DNA from: a virus
Taxonomy: Duplodnaviria > Caudoviricetes
IMG/VR virus record: IMGVR_UViG_3300025429_000082
Span: 1-24,421 of that record
Length of the DNA: 24,421 nucleotides
Reading direction: 5' to 3' (one strand)
This document shows, one piece after another, positions 13,647-22,835 of this stretch (the first letter of the stretch is position 1; each line of letters opens with the position of its first letter). The position numbers and the translations under genes were made by a program. The notes beneath the pieces were generated by a model that was given only the letters and a program-made list of their open reading frames with translations, did no database searches and had not been told where the DNA came from.

Positions 13647-15436
13647 TGGCTGAAAGCAACGTTGTAGTAAGTCTCATCGCGGACATCCGCGAGTTCACCG
13701 CGAAGATGGACGAGGCCGAGGGCAAACTCAAGTCGTTCGGCAAGACCGCCGAGGGCGCGTCGGGCAAGTTCAACTCGGCCGTCTCAAAGGCGTCTAGCGC
13801 CGTCCTGCTCGGCTTCGGTGGCGCCGCGGTCTACGCCGTCAAGTCGGCCTACGACTTCCAAGACGGACTCGAAAAACTCAAGAACGCCGCCGGTCTCACC
13901 GAAGAGCAGATGCAAGCCGCGGGCAAGGCCATCCTCAACGTTTCTAACCAGACGGGTGTCTCGGCCAAGAACATCACCTCGGCCTACACCGTCGCAGCCC
14001 AAGCTGGACTTCGCAACGCGGCCGCCACGGACGCAGTTAGCGCGGCCGCGAAGGCCTCGGTCATCACCGGCCAGAACGTCGCGGACATCACCAAGACCAT
14101 CGTCGGTATCCAGACGCTACAGATCGCGAAGGGCGAGAGCGTCGCGCAAATCACCGGCCAGTTGGTCAAGGCCAACCAGATGCACGTCGGAAGCCTCGAC
14201 CAGTTGAGCCGAGTCCTCACGGGCAAGGCTGGCGCGGCTCTCGCAAACTTCGGCGTCAACCTCTCGACGGCCGCGGCCATCTCGGACGTGACCTCTAAGG
14301 CTGGCCTGACCTCGACTCGCTCGTTCACCAGCCTCACCGCCGCGGTTCTCAAAATGGAGAACCCGACGAAGGCGATGGACGCCGCGATGAAGAAGTACGG
14401 CGTCAACCAAGAGCAAATCGCCCGTGACGCGAAGAAGCCAGGTGGCTTCATCAACGTACTGCAAGACGTGAACAAAGCGGCCGAGAAGGCTGGCGCGGGC
14501 AAGGGCGCGTTGATCCAAGCCCTGTTCGGTTCGCAAGGCGCTGGCACGGTCAACGTCTTGCTGAACAACCTCGGCCAGCTCAAGACCATTCAGGGTCAGA
14601 TTGGCGCGGCCGGTTCGACGAGCCTCAATCAGGGCTTCAAGGAAGTCATCACGACACAACTCGCCCCGCAGTTGAACCTCCTGAAGACCAACCTGCAAAA
14701 CACCTTCATCGAGGCGGGCAAGGTTCTACTCCCCGCCGTGACCACGGTCGTCGGTTGGGCTAGCTCGTTCTTCAAGGCGCTCAAGGACAGCCCAGGACTG
14801 CGCGACGTGTTCGGCGCTACCGCGGCCGGTATCTTCGCTGCCGCCATCGCGGTCAAGATTGCGGGCTTCGTGTCCAAAATCAAGGGCGTGGTCGACACCG
14901 TGCTCAAGACCGGCGAAGCGGCCAAGACAACCGCCTGGCAGGGCGAAGTGGTTGCGCTGTTGGAGCAAATCGCCGTGAACACCGGCGGGCTCGGGAAGTT
15001 GGGAACAATCGGCGAAGCGGGCATTCCATCAGCAGAACTCGCAGGCGGCGCTACCGTCGGTGGAACCGTCGCGGTTGCTGGCGCAGTCCTCGCCGTTGGC
15101 GCAGCCGCCGCGCTGTCGCTGGCTGAAGACGCGGCGCAGGCTCACAAGGACTTCAACAACCTGCACGCCAGCGTCGGCTACGTCAAGCAAAACTTTGGCA
15201 AGAAGTCCGACGTGGTGCTCAACGAAATGCAACGCCTACAGTCGCTCGGCTACACCTTCTTCAAGGTGAAGGGCGGTGGCCTTGAAGCCATCAAGGGAAG
15301 CACGGCCAAAGACCTTATGAGCGCCAAGAGCGCCTACACCTTCGCCCCTGGCTCGTCTCAAGAAGTGTTCAGGAACTTCATGACCGGCCAAAAGACGACG
15401 AAGCAACTCGGCACCGTCAAAATCAAGGTGCACTAA
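13646..15436 (+). CDS. Tape measure protein (596 aa, short)
   Basis: N-terminal VVSLIADIREF, long Ala/Gly/Lys-rich helical sequence, TP901-like core (...IQALFGSQG..., LKTNLQNTFIEAGKVLLP). Confidence 0.9.
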   Translation: MAESNVVVSLIADIREFTAKMDEAEGKLKSFGKTAEGASGKFNSAVSKASSAVLLGFGGAAVYAVKSAYDFQDGLEKLKNAAGLTEEQMQAAGKAILNVSNQTGVSAKNITSAYTVAAQAGLRNAAATDAVSAAAKASVITGQNVADITKTIVGIQTLQIAKGESVAQITGQLVKANQMHVGSLDQLSRVLTGKAGAALANFGVNLSTAAAISDVTSKAGLTSTRSFTSLTAAVLKMENPTKAMDAAMKKYGVNQEQIARDAKKPGGFINVLQDVNKAAEKAGAGKGALIQALFGSQGAGTVNVLLNNLGQLKTIQGQIGAAGSTSLNQGFKEVITTQLAPQLNLLKTNLQNTFIEAGKVLLPAVTTVVGWASSFFKALKDSPGLRDVFGATAAGIFAAAIAVKIAGFVSKIKGVVDTVLKTGEAAKTTAWQGEVVALLEQIAVNTGGLGKLGTIGEAGIPSAELAGGATVGGTVAVAGAVLAVGAAAALSLAEDAAQAHKDFNNLHASVGYVKQNFGKKSDVVLNEMQRLQSLGYTFFKVKGGGLEAIKGSTAKDLMSAKSAYTFAPGSSQEVFRNFMTGQKTTKQLGTVKIKVH

Positions 15437-15684
15437 TGGCAGACGGTCAGGGAAGTTTCAACGCGGGCAACGTCTCGGACATCGAAATCGACATCGACGT
15501 ACAGATGATTGTCGCGGCCATTTCCAAAAGCCCCGCGGCACTTGATAAGTTGACCCTGGCACTCATCGCCCACGACGACTTCATCCGCAAACTCGCGGTG
15601 GTCGTTCGCAACCAGATGCTCCGCAACGGTCGGCCGTATCAGAACATCTTTGGCAAGTACGCAGGAGGGTCACAGTCGCGATGA
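15436..15684 (+). CDS. Small hypothetical tail protein
   Basis: TAATG coupling to the tape measure gene and ATGA coupling to the next gene. Confidence 0.7.
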   Translation: MADGQGSFNAGNVSDIEIDIDVQMIVAAISKSPAALDKLTLALIAHDDFIRKLAVVVRNQMLRNGRPYQNIFGKYAGGSQSR

Positions 15685-18008
15685 GTAATCCGTCCGTCCC
15701 CGCCGTCAACTTCTACATCCAATACACCCCGAGCCAAGTCACGCCCCCGCAGGTGGCGGCCATCGTCACGACCGGCACCTCGGCCAGCGGATCCAACACC
15801 CTCACGGTGGCCTCGGGTCTGACCATCTGGACGAACTCCGTCATCGTCGGCCCTGGCATCGCGGCGGGCACCACGGTCACGTCCTACTCAAGCACGACCG
15901 TCACCCTCTCGGCCAACCTGACCGCTTCGGTGGCCTCGGGCGCGGAGTTCACCGTGGTCGGCCCCCAGAGCAACTCGGCCGCGTGGACGGGCTACAACGA
16001 CTGGATTGAGAGCATCTCTATCCGCATGGGTCGCCAGCACTACCTCGACCGCATGGAAAGCGCCACGCTGGAACTGAACATCGACGACCGCACGGGTGCG
16101 TTCTCATCCCTCGGCACGACCATCACGCCCCGCGTGCCCATTCTCGTCACGGCGACGTACAACAACTACACCTACGCGGTGTTCAACGGCATCATCGAGA
16201 GCGTCGACACGCGCCTCCAAGACCAACTGAACTCCGACCTCATGATCCGAGCGACGGACAACCTCAAGTTTCTGGCGCTGAAATACGTCAACAACACGGC
16301 GTTCTACTCGACCTACGTCCCACAATACAACGCCTCGACGAACACCACGGGCGCTATCAACTGGTTCCGAATGAACTCCAACTCGTCGTTCAACGGCACC
16401 TTGCTGGACAACCTGACCTACAACGCCACCACGGCTCCGGCCTCGGGCGTCAACGGCTCGTCCATCGGCAACGTCCCCCTGAACCAGCCTGGCGTCTTGC
16501 TCTACGATAACACGACCTGCGCCGACCTCACGGGTGGCACCGGCACGACCAGTTCAACGCCCGCTGGCGCCCTTTCGCTGTTCAGCACTAGCACCTCGGT
16601 CTTTGCGATTGACTTCTGGCTCATGGGTGAGGGCGTGTACGGCCAACCAATCACGGCCAACCTCTCGCTCACGTCCAACAGTTCGGCACCCCTTGACTTG
16701 AGCGTCAACGCCCAGGGTAAGGTCGTGTGGAACATCAACGGAACGAGCCTGACGCACCCCACGCCCATCTCGGACGGCCTCTGGCACCACATCGCGGTTC
16801 GCAAGACCACCTCGACGACGCTCTACCTCTACGTCGACGGCATCTCGGTCAGCGCGACGGTGGCGGGAACGACCGGCTCTATGGGTCTCGCCGAGGGCAC
16901 GTCAAACCTCTGGTTCGGCTACGACGGCGTAAACTACACCCTCTCGGCCTACATCGACGAAGTCGTGGGCTCGGATATTGGCGGTGAGTCCAACAACAAC
17001 GCCATCCTCGACGGCCAAATCAAGGCTCGCTACCTCGCTGGCCGCTTGCTCCGCAAGGCGCAGAACTCGGGCGACCGCGTGGCTGAAATCCTCGTCGCTG
17101 CCGGTTTCGGATCGCTGTCCATCAGCAACGCCACCTTCCCCGCCTCGGTTGCGGTGAACCCGAACAACCTGTTCATCGACAGCTCGTGGTTCGGCGTCTC
17201 GGCCTACGCCTACACCCCGAACGCGGCGCTGAACGGCACCATCTGGGTTCAGGGCATGACCTCGCCGGTCACCAAGAACACTTGCCAAGACCTTATCCTC
17301 GGCATCACGGACACCGAGTGCGGGAACTTCCACCAGAGCCCTGCGGGTATGTTCATGTTCCGGTCGCGGGACTACCCCTACACGGTGGCAAACGCCACGA
17401 CCAGCCAGGGCAAGTTGAGCGACACCTCAACGGCCGGTGCCACGAACTACGACCCGCGCAGTTTCGACTTCTCGCGTGACGACGTGGACACCTGGACAAC
17501 GGTCATCGTCCAGCCCCAGAACGGCATTGAGCAGGTTTACAACACCGGCCTCGGCTACCTCTACGGCGACAGCACCTACACGAAGTCGGGCACGCAGAAC
17601 AACGACCTTGTCAGCGCGAAGCAGACCGCGAACTACCTCGCGTACATCTTCCAAAGCCCCCTGCCCCGCGTGACGGCCGTGGAAATCCACTCCGAGAACT
17701 ACAAGGGTGGCGGGACGAACGCGGCAATCTACCAGTCGCTCAATCGTTGCCTAGAAGACCGCGTCACGCTCTACTACACCCCGACCGGCGTGGCTTCGCC
17801 TGTCTGGTCGCCGACCGCCAGCCCGACGCGCAACTACTCGGACTTCCTCATCGAGGCCATCACGCACACCTTTGAGGCCGACCCTGGGCGCTGGACAACG
17901 AGTTTCACGCTCGACCCCTACCCGCTTCGCTTCGACCAGCAGAACGGCAAGACCGTCGCGCAGTTCGGATCTACGGGCGTCGTCGATAACAACTACGTTT
18001 TTCTCTAG
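15681..18008 (+). CDS. Tail tip/hub minor tail protein with a LamG (concanavalin A-like) domain
   Basis: ISIRMGRQ...LELNIDDRTGAF and VFNGIIE hub-like N-terminus; ISDGLWHHIAV, LYVDG and AYIDEV LamG motifs; C-terminal IEAITHTF...WTTSFTL. Confidence 0.78.
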   Translation: MSNPSVPAVNFYIQYTPSQVTPPQVAAIVTTGTSASGSNTLTVASGLTIWTNSVIVGPGIAAGTTVTSYSSTTVTLSANLTASVASGAEFTVVGPQSNSAAWTGYNDWIESISIRMGRQHYLDRMESATLELNIDDRTGAFSSLGTTITPRVPILVTATYNNYTYAVFNGIIESVDTRLQDQLNSDLMIRATDNLKFLALKYVNNTAFYSTYVPQYNASTNTTGAINWFRMNSNSSFNGTLLDNLTYNATTAPASGVNGSSIGNVPLNQPGVLLYDNTTCADLTGGTGTTSSTPAGALSLFSTSTSVFAIDFWLMGEGVYGQPITANLSLTSNSSAPLDLSVNAQGKVVWNINGTSLTHPTPISDGLWHHIAVRKTTSTTLYLYVDGISVSATVAGTTGSMGLAEGTSNLWFGYDGVNYTLSAYIDEVVGSDIGGESNNNAILDGQIKARYLAGRLLRKAQNSGDRVAEILVAAGFGSLSISNATFPASVAVNPNNLFIDSSWFGVSAYAYTPNAALNGTIWVQGMTSPVTKNTCQDLILGITDTECGNFHQSPAGMFMFRSRDYPYTVANATTSQGKLSDTSTAGATNYDPRSFDFSRDDVDTWTTVIVQPQNGIEQVYNTGLGYLYGDSTYTKSGTQNNDLVSAKQTANYLAYIFQSPLPRVTAVEIHSENYKGGGTNAAIYQSLNRCLEDRVTLYYTPTGVASPVWSPTASPTRNYSDFLIEAITHTFEADPGRWTTSFTLDPYPLRFDQQNGKTVAQFGSTGVVDNNYVFL

Positions 18009-18016
18009 GAGGGAAA

Positions 18017-18703
18017 ATGCCAACAAACATCACGTCAGTCGCCGGATGGGTGACGCCCCAGACCGTCTCGACTGGTGACGCCATCAGTTCGACGGTGTGG
18101 AACAACCTCGTGGGCGACGTAGCCATGCTGTACGGCAAGCCGTGGTTCATGGCCTACTACACAACCGACGGCACAACCAGCCCCTTCTCGGCCAGCACCA
18201 ACGCGCACGCGGGCACCTACAACTTCTTCAACACCGCCTCGACGGGTGGCACCATCAGCACCCTGCAGAACTCCCCGAGTTCCGGCCTCGGCGCGTTCAG
18301 CATTAGCGGCGGTGTCGTCTCGTTCTCGACCCCGCCTGCTACGCCGGTGCCTGGTCTCTACCGCATCACCGTTCAGGCCACGACCGCGTCCAACTCGACG
18401 GCCTTCCAGCGAGCCATCATCCGCACGCAGAACAGCAGTGGCACCATCCTGTCCTACCACCCTGGACAATGGTCGCAGTCCTCGAGTTCCGTTCTGCCAA
18501 CCGTCACCGCCTCGGCCATCATTCCGGTCGGCTACGGCACCTGGGCGGCCTGTACGGGCTTCTACGTCACCGGAGGCACCACGTCGGGCACCCCGAACAT
18601 TCTGGCGAACGACAGCGGTTCCTACGGCCCCTCGTCAACCCCGCCGGTCTACAACACCTTCGTCATGGTCGAGTACCTCGGCACCAGCACCGGAACCTTC
18701 TAA
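18017..18703 (+). CDS. Minor tail protein / receptor-binding fibre candidate
   Basis: AGGAGG SD. N-terminal WVTPQTVSTGDAISSTVWNNLV anchor-type motif and a beta-sandwich-like C-terminus (PGLYRITVQ). Confidence 0.7.
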   Translation: MPTNITSVAGWVTPQTVSTGDAISSTVWNNLVGDVAMLYGKPWFMAYYTTDGTTSPFSASTNAHAGTYNFFNTASTGGTISTLQNSPSSGLGAFSISGGVVSFSTPPATPVPGLYRITVQATTASNSTAFQRAIIRTQNSSGTILSYHPGQWSQSSSSVLPTVTASAIIPVGYGTWAACTGFYVTGGTTSGTPNILANDSGSYGPSSTPPVYNTFVMVEYLGTSTGTF

Positions 18704-18714
18704 GGAGACATGAA

Positions 18715-19236
18715 ATGACCGACCTGCGTCAGCAAATCGTGGCGGCCGCCCGCTACTTCCAAGCCCACCGGCACCAGTTCATTTACACCGAAGGCCCCCA
18801 GCGCATGAACTTTGAGCGCCTTCACGGCACCTCGTGGCCTATCACGACGGACTGCTCGGGCTTCGTGACCCTCTGCTACCTCGCGGCGGGTGCACCGGAT
18901 CCGTCCGGCCTCGGCTACAACGGTCAGGGCTACACCGGCACCCTGCTCGGCAACCACGCGAACCAGCACATCCCCCTGAACCAAGTCCAGCCTGGCGACC
19001 TCGTGGTCTACGGCGGTGGCACCGGCGAGCACACGGCCATCGTGGTCGAGGTGCACGGCACCGACATCCTGACGGTCAGCAACGGCGACGCCAATGGCCC
19101 TATCTGGTGCTGGGTGAACAAGCCGGTCAACCCTCCGGCCAACGAGCTTACGATTACGACCTTTGACGGTCGCACCCCGCAGACCTTCCTTCGCTGCCAG
19201 ACCTCGCAGAGCCGTCCGGCGTGGAACCTCGCATAG
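18715..19236 (+). CDS. NlpC/P60-family peptidoglycan endopeptidase (probable endolysin; 173 aa, start ATG18715)
   Basis: AAGGAG SD 7 nt upstream. Catalytic TDCSGFV and QPGDLVVY...EHTAIV. Followed by membrane proteins. Confidence 0.88.
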   Translation: MTDLRQQIVAAARYFQAHRHQFIYTEGPQRMNFERLHGTSWPITTDCSGFVTLCYLAAGAPDPSGLGYNGQGYTGTLLGNHANQHIPLNQVQPGDLVVYGGGTGEHTAIVVEVHGTDILTVSNGDANGPIWCWVNKPVNPPANELTITTFDGRTPQTFLRCQTSQSRPAWNLA

Positions 19237-19240
19237 TGCC

Positions 19241-19588
19241 ATGCTCGGTATCGCTCTCAACACGTCCAACTGGTGGGTGCAGTTCGCGGCCGGCATAGCC
19301 GTCGCGGGCGGTGGCGTCTGGGCAGTCTTACGCTTCCTCGGCCACCGTATCGCCACCATCGCGGCCGACAAGTCCGGCGTCAACGAAGTCAACCAGCGTC
19401 TCGACCGCATCGAGGCGCAGTACCGCACGAACGGCGGGGGCTCGCTGAAAGACGCCATCAACCGCATCGAGCGAGCGTTGGACGCGACCAGCGACGAGTT
19501 CCGCCTCATGCGTCGAGACTTGCAACGCTTAGAGATTGAGACCAGCCACATCAAGGGCTACCTAGAGGGCAAGAGCAATGAAGCGTGA
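19241..19588 (+). CDS. Single-TM lysis-cassette membrane protein (holin-like) with a coiled-coil C-terminus
   Basis: One hydrophobic helix (WWVQFAAGIAVAGGGVWAVLRFL) and NGGGSLKDAINRIE, a motif I recognise from actinophage lysis cassettes. Confidence 0.65.
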   Translation: MLGIALNTSNWWVQFAAGIAVAGGGVWAVLRFLGHRIATIAADKSGVNEVNQRLDRIEAQYRTNGGGSLKDAINRIERALDATSDEFRLMRRDLQRLEIETSHIKGYLEGKSNEA

Positions 19589-19991
19589 GCAGATCAACGG
19601 CCGGAAGGTCTACCGCGACCCCATGACCGGCGACCTCCTGACGCGCTCGGACTGGATTTCGTGGCAGTTGCAGACCAACGTCATCCGGCGCTGGTGGTTC
19701 CTCATCCTGTTCACCCTCATCACCCTGACCTGCGTCCTGACGTTCAGCATCACCGTCATGGCGTGGTGGAACGTCCTCGCGTCGTACCTCGCCATTTTCG
19801 TCGAGGCCATCGTTGGCCGGTACATGGCCGGACAAACGCGTCGTGACGCGGCCGTGCTTCGTGAGATCCGCAAGATTGAGGTCGAAGACCACTCGCACCA
19901 CCTTGAAGAAGAGCAACTAGAGGGCGACCTGCACCGCATGGTCAAGACGCTCTACGAGGCGCACCTTGCAAGCAACAACAAAATCAAGTAA
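19578..19991 (+). CDS. Two-TM membrane protein, DUF1003-like (holin candidate)
   Basis: WWFLILFTLITLTCVLTF and WNVLASYLAIFVEAIVG helices, followed by QTRRD. Confidence 0.6.
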   Translation: MKREQINGRKVYRDPMTGDLLTRSDWISWQLQTNVIRRWWFLILFTLITLTCVLTFSITVMAWWNVLASYLAIFVEAIVGRYMAGQTRRDAAVLREIRKIEVEDHSHHLEEEQLEGDLHRMVKTLYEAHLASNNKIK

Positions 19992-20005
19992 ACTAGGAGA
20001 CTGTT

Positions 20006-20533
20006 ATGGCATCCACCTCGCAATACGTATGGCCCCAGGAGGGTCTCGACTACCTCATGGGCGTTGTCCCGAAGGGTGGCTCGGCCCCCTCGACGCTCTA
20101 CATGGGTCTTTTCACGACCGCGTGGAGCACCGTGCAGGGCTACGGCCTCGCCAACATCAACGTCACGCTGAACGGTGGAACCTACTCCGTGACCGAACTC
20201 TCGTCGGCCACCGGCTACACCACGCGCCCTAGCCTCGCCGCGGCGACGTGGGGAGCGCAGGCCGCTGGAACCGTGACCATCGGATCCAACACCATCAACG
20301 TCCGTCAGAGCACCTACGGCTCGGCCGTGACGATTACCAACTCGTCAGGTTCGACGTGGACTGGCGTCAACGGCATCTTCGTCGCGACCTCGGCCACCGT
20401 CGGTCAGGCGTCCGGTTCGGGTACGACCGTCCTGTGGTACGCGCCGTTCTCGGACAGCTCGACGGTCACGCTCGCCAACGGCGACAGCATCTCGGTCACG
20501 CCCGTCTGGCAGTCCGCACCGTACCCCGCGTAG
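20006..20533 (+). CDS. Small beta-rich virion fibre subunit
   Basis: AGGAG SD. Pattern LDYLMG...STLYMGLFT...TELS..GY..R...TVLWYA...VTLANGDSISVT, typical of small phage fibre/structural proteins. Confidence 0.65.
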   Translation: MASTSQYVWPQEGLDYLMGVVPKGGSAPSTLYMGLFTTAWSTVQGYGLANINVTLNGGTYSVTELSSATGYTTRPSLAAATWGAQAAGTVTIGSNTINVRQSTYGSAVTITNSSGSTWTGVNGIFVATSATVGQASGSGTTVLWYAPFSDSSTVTLANGDSISVTPVWQSAPYPA

Positions 20534-20547
20534 TCGGGTAGCCGGTC

Positions 20548-22479
20548 ATGGCTATCTCGGTTCGCGGCACGGCCTCGGGTAACAAGACCACCACGTCAAC
20601 GTCGGCGACCAACCTCGCCCTCACCCTGTCCGCCGCGCCTCAGGCAGGGGACGTTGTCTTTCTCGCGATTACCGACAATCAAGGCGGAGCGGCGGTCACG
20701 CACCTCACCCTCGCGCCGGTCGTCTCGTCCTCGCCGTCAAACTTGCTTATGTCGCAACTTGACTACACCGGACTCATTAGCCGCTACACGATTACCTACG
20801 TTGTGCCTATCGTCTCGGGCAACACTCCGACCACGACGCTGACCATCAACTACCAGCCGTCCACGGCCACCTCGACCACGCTGGCGGCCGTTGCGGTGAT
20901 TGTGACCGGCCTCGCCTCGGTTTCGTCCTACGGGAACACGTGGAACGGCCTTCGATCGGTTTACGGCTACGGCATTATTGAAGGCTCCTCATACGGTAAC
21001 GGCGCGCTTGGAACGTCGTCCGTCCAAGACGGAACCGGCGGTGTTCCTGCTGGTGAAATCTGGCTTTCTCAGAGTTTTGGCGGCGGTGGAACGTCCTCTC
21101 CGATTCTGACGGAGTACGACAGCCCCACGCCCTTCGTTGCCGTTGCGACGGTTGCGTCCTACGGAGTTTCAAACTCGCTTCGCACCCTTAGCGGTGCCGT
21201 CACGGTCGACACCTCGGGCAACGTCACCACGTCCGGCCAGAGCACCGGAACGGTGGTCTACACGCCAACCGGCCTCTCGACCAACGGCTCTGCGGCGGTA
21301 GTCCACGCTCCAACCGGCAACATCATTGTCAAGTTCACGGGAACGGGAACGGGAACGCTTACTGGCTGTACGGTCACCAACGCTCCGTCCGTCTCCTACA
21401 CCATTCCCTCGGGAACTTCTATCATCGGCAACGGCGTCGCGTTGCTTGCGAGTAGTTCGTCGACGAGTTCGGTCACGGGTGGCTGGTACACCGGCACGGG
21501 CTCGTCGGCTGGAGTCGTCCAAATCTCAACAACGGGTAGCGGCACTACGCCGTCCAACCTCTACATAATGGTTGGAACAGCCGCGAGTTCGGCACTCTCA
21601 ACACCGGCCTACGTCTCGATTCGTGGCGCAGGGCCAGCGACAGGCACGGGCTACGCGTGTCTTTATACCTTCGTCCCGACCACGCGTACGCAGTCCAAGA
21701 CCTCGCGAGCCGCGGCAGTCCTGACGGAGAAGGCCAGTAAGACGGTCAACCGTGTGAAAACGGCGGTTGCAACGCTCTCTCTCAGTTCCCGTGTCTCAAA
21801 GGTCGTGGGTCACGCTCGCAACGCCCTAGCGGTCGTTTTAGCCCCCTCTCAGGCCAGCAAGACCGCGTCCTACCTCCGCAGAGCCACGGCGACCATGTCG
21901 CGCTCGGCGCGGTCGCTGAAAATCGTCGCCTGGTACGTCATCTCGGCAGCCCTCGCGGTTCTCGCCGACTACGACATCAAGACGGTCAACCGTGTGAAAA
22001 CGGCGGTTGCGACGCTCTCTCGCGCTTCCCGTGCCTCAAAGGTCGTGGGTCACGCTCGCAACGCCCTAGCGGTGGTTTTAGCTCCCTCTCAGGTCATCAA
22101 GGCGGCAACCTTCCGGCGCTCTGCAAAGGCATCGGCCACCAACGTCGCGGTCGTTTCAAAGGCCGTTGTCCGCAACAAGCGGGTCGTGGGAACGGCGGTC
22201 TACGCCATCAGTTCGTCGAAGTCTCGCACCTTCGTCCGGCGCGTCATCGCCACGGCGATTGCCAACGCGAAGGCCACCGCGGTCTACCAACGCTACGTCT
22301 CGCACCCTGGCACCGTGTCCAGCGACGTGCTCGCCCCGAGCGTGCGTGGATCCGTGAAGGTTGCGACGGTCTCGGCCGACGTGCTCGCCCCGAGCGTGCG
22401 TGCCAAGACCTTGACCGCGTCCGTATCTGCAACAACTGAAACCGCCTCGGTGAAAACTAAGGCCGAACCACTCGTCTAG
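20548..22479 (+). CDS. Fibre-like protein: Ser/Thr/Gly-rich N-terminal domains plus a basic C-terminal shaft of 20-aa repeats
   Basis: 643-aa ORF; 10 x 20-aa repeats at 21697-22296, then 18-aa repeats. Confidence 0.7.
   Translation: MAISVRGTASGNKTTTSTSATNLALTLSAAPQAGDVVFLAITDNQGGAAVTHLTLAPVVSSSPSNLLMSQLDYTGLISRYTITYVVPIVSGNTPTTTLTINYQPSTATSTTLAAVAVIVTGLASVSSYGNTWNGLRSVYGYGIIEGSSYGNGALGTSSVQDGTGGVPAGEIWLSQSFGGGGTSSPILTEYDSPTPFVAVATVASYGVSNSLRTLSGAVTVDTSGNVTTSGQSTGTVVYTPTGLSTNGSAAVVHAPTGNIIVKFTGTGTGTLTGCTVTNAPSVSYTIPSGTSIIGNGVALLASSSSTSSVTGGWYTGTGSSAGVVQISTTGSGTTPSNLYIMVGTAASSALSTPAYVSIRGAGPATGTGYACLYTFVPTTRTQSKTSRAAAVLTEKASKTVNRVKTAVATLSLSSRVSKVVGHARNALAVVLAPSQASKTASYLRRATATMSRSARSLKIVAWYVISAALAVLADYDIKTVNRVKTAVATLSRASRASKVVGHARNALAVVLAPSQVIKAATFRRSAKASATNVAVVSKAVVRNKRVVGTAVYAISSSKSRTFVRRVIATAIANAKATAVYQRYVSHPGTVSSDVLAPSVRGSVKVATVSADVLAPSVRAKTLTASVSATTETASVKTKAEPLV
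21739..22101 (+). repeat. 123-bp imperfect direct repeat (21739-21861 and 21979-22101; 9 mismatches by my count)
   Basis: Read directly. The 240-nt offset equals four 20-aa repeat units. Confidence 0.92.
22323..22402 (+). repeat. Perfect 26-bp direct repeat CGACGTGCTCGCCCCGAGCGTGCGTG (22323-22348 and 22377-22402)
   Basis: Read directly. The 54-nt offset encodes DVLAPSVR twice. Confidence 0.92.
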
Positions 22480-22488
22480 GGAGACACT

Positions 22489-22833
22489 ATGAGCACCGTC
22501 TACGAAGGCAGCACCATCCGCTTCTACACCAGCCAGCCGTTCACCAGCATCTCGGGCACGGTTGTCGACCCCGACGTGGTGACGTTCTCGTACCAAGTGC
22601 AAGGCCAGACGAAGCAGACCTACACCTACACCCACGGCACCGGCGACCCGACGAGCACCATCGTCAAGGACTCGACCGGCACCTACCACGCCGACATCGA
22701 CACGACCGGCCAGCCTGGGCTCTGGGCGTGGCGCTGGGCTGGCGCACCGCAGTCCTCGGGTGGCGCGGACACGACCAAGACGAAGGTCGCGACCGAAGGC
22801 TCCGTGAACGTTAGTGGCGTGGGTATCCAATAG
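22489..22833 (+). CDS. Small Ig-like (BppU-N-type) virion anchor protein
   Basis: GGGGAG SD. YEGSTIRF...VVDP..VTF...KDSTGTYHAD...GLWAWRW beta-sandwich pattern. Confidence 0.6.
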   Translation: MSTVYEGSTIRFYTSQPFTSISGTVVDPDVVTFSYQVQGQTKQTYTYTHGTGDPTSTIVKDSTGTYHADIDTTGQPGLWAWRWAGAPQSSGGADTTKTKVATEGSVNVSGVGIQ

Positions 22834-22835
22834 CC

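Noticed and set aside
18469-18714. ORF-track 82-aa N-terminal extension of the NlpC/P60 protein
   Set aside because: It overlaps the 18017-18703 gene out of frame and has shadow-like composition. The SD supports ATG18715.
18710-18718. ATG AAA TGA minigene overlapping the lysin start as a translational regulator
   Set aside because: The first ATG is only 2 nt from the SD, whereas ATG18715 has 7-nt spacing. Probably incidental.
21739-22101. Near-identical repeat pair as a diversity-generating retroelement TR/VR
   Set aside because: Only 2 of 9 mismatches involve A, both copies are in-frame coding units of one gene, and there is no reverse transcriptase in the window.
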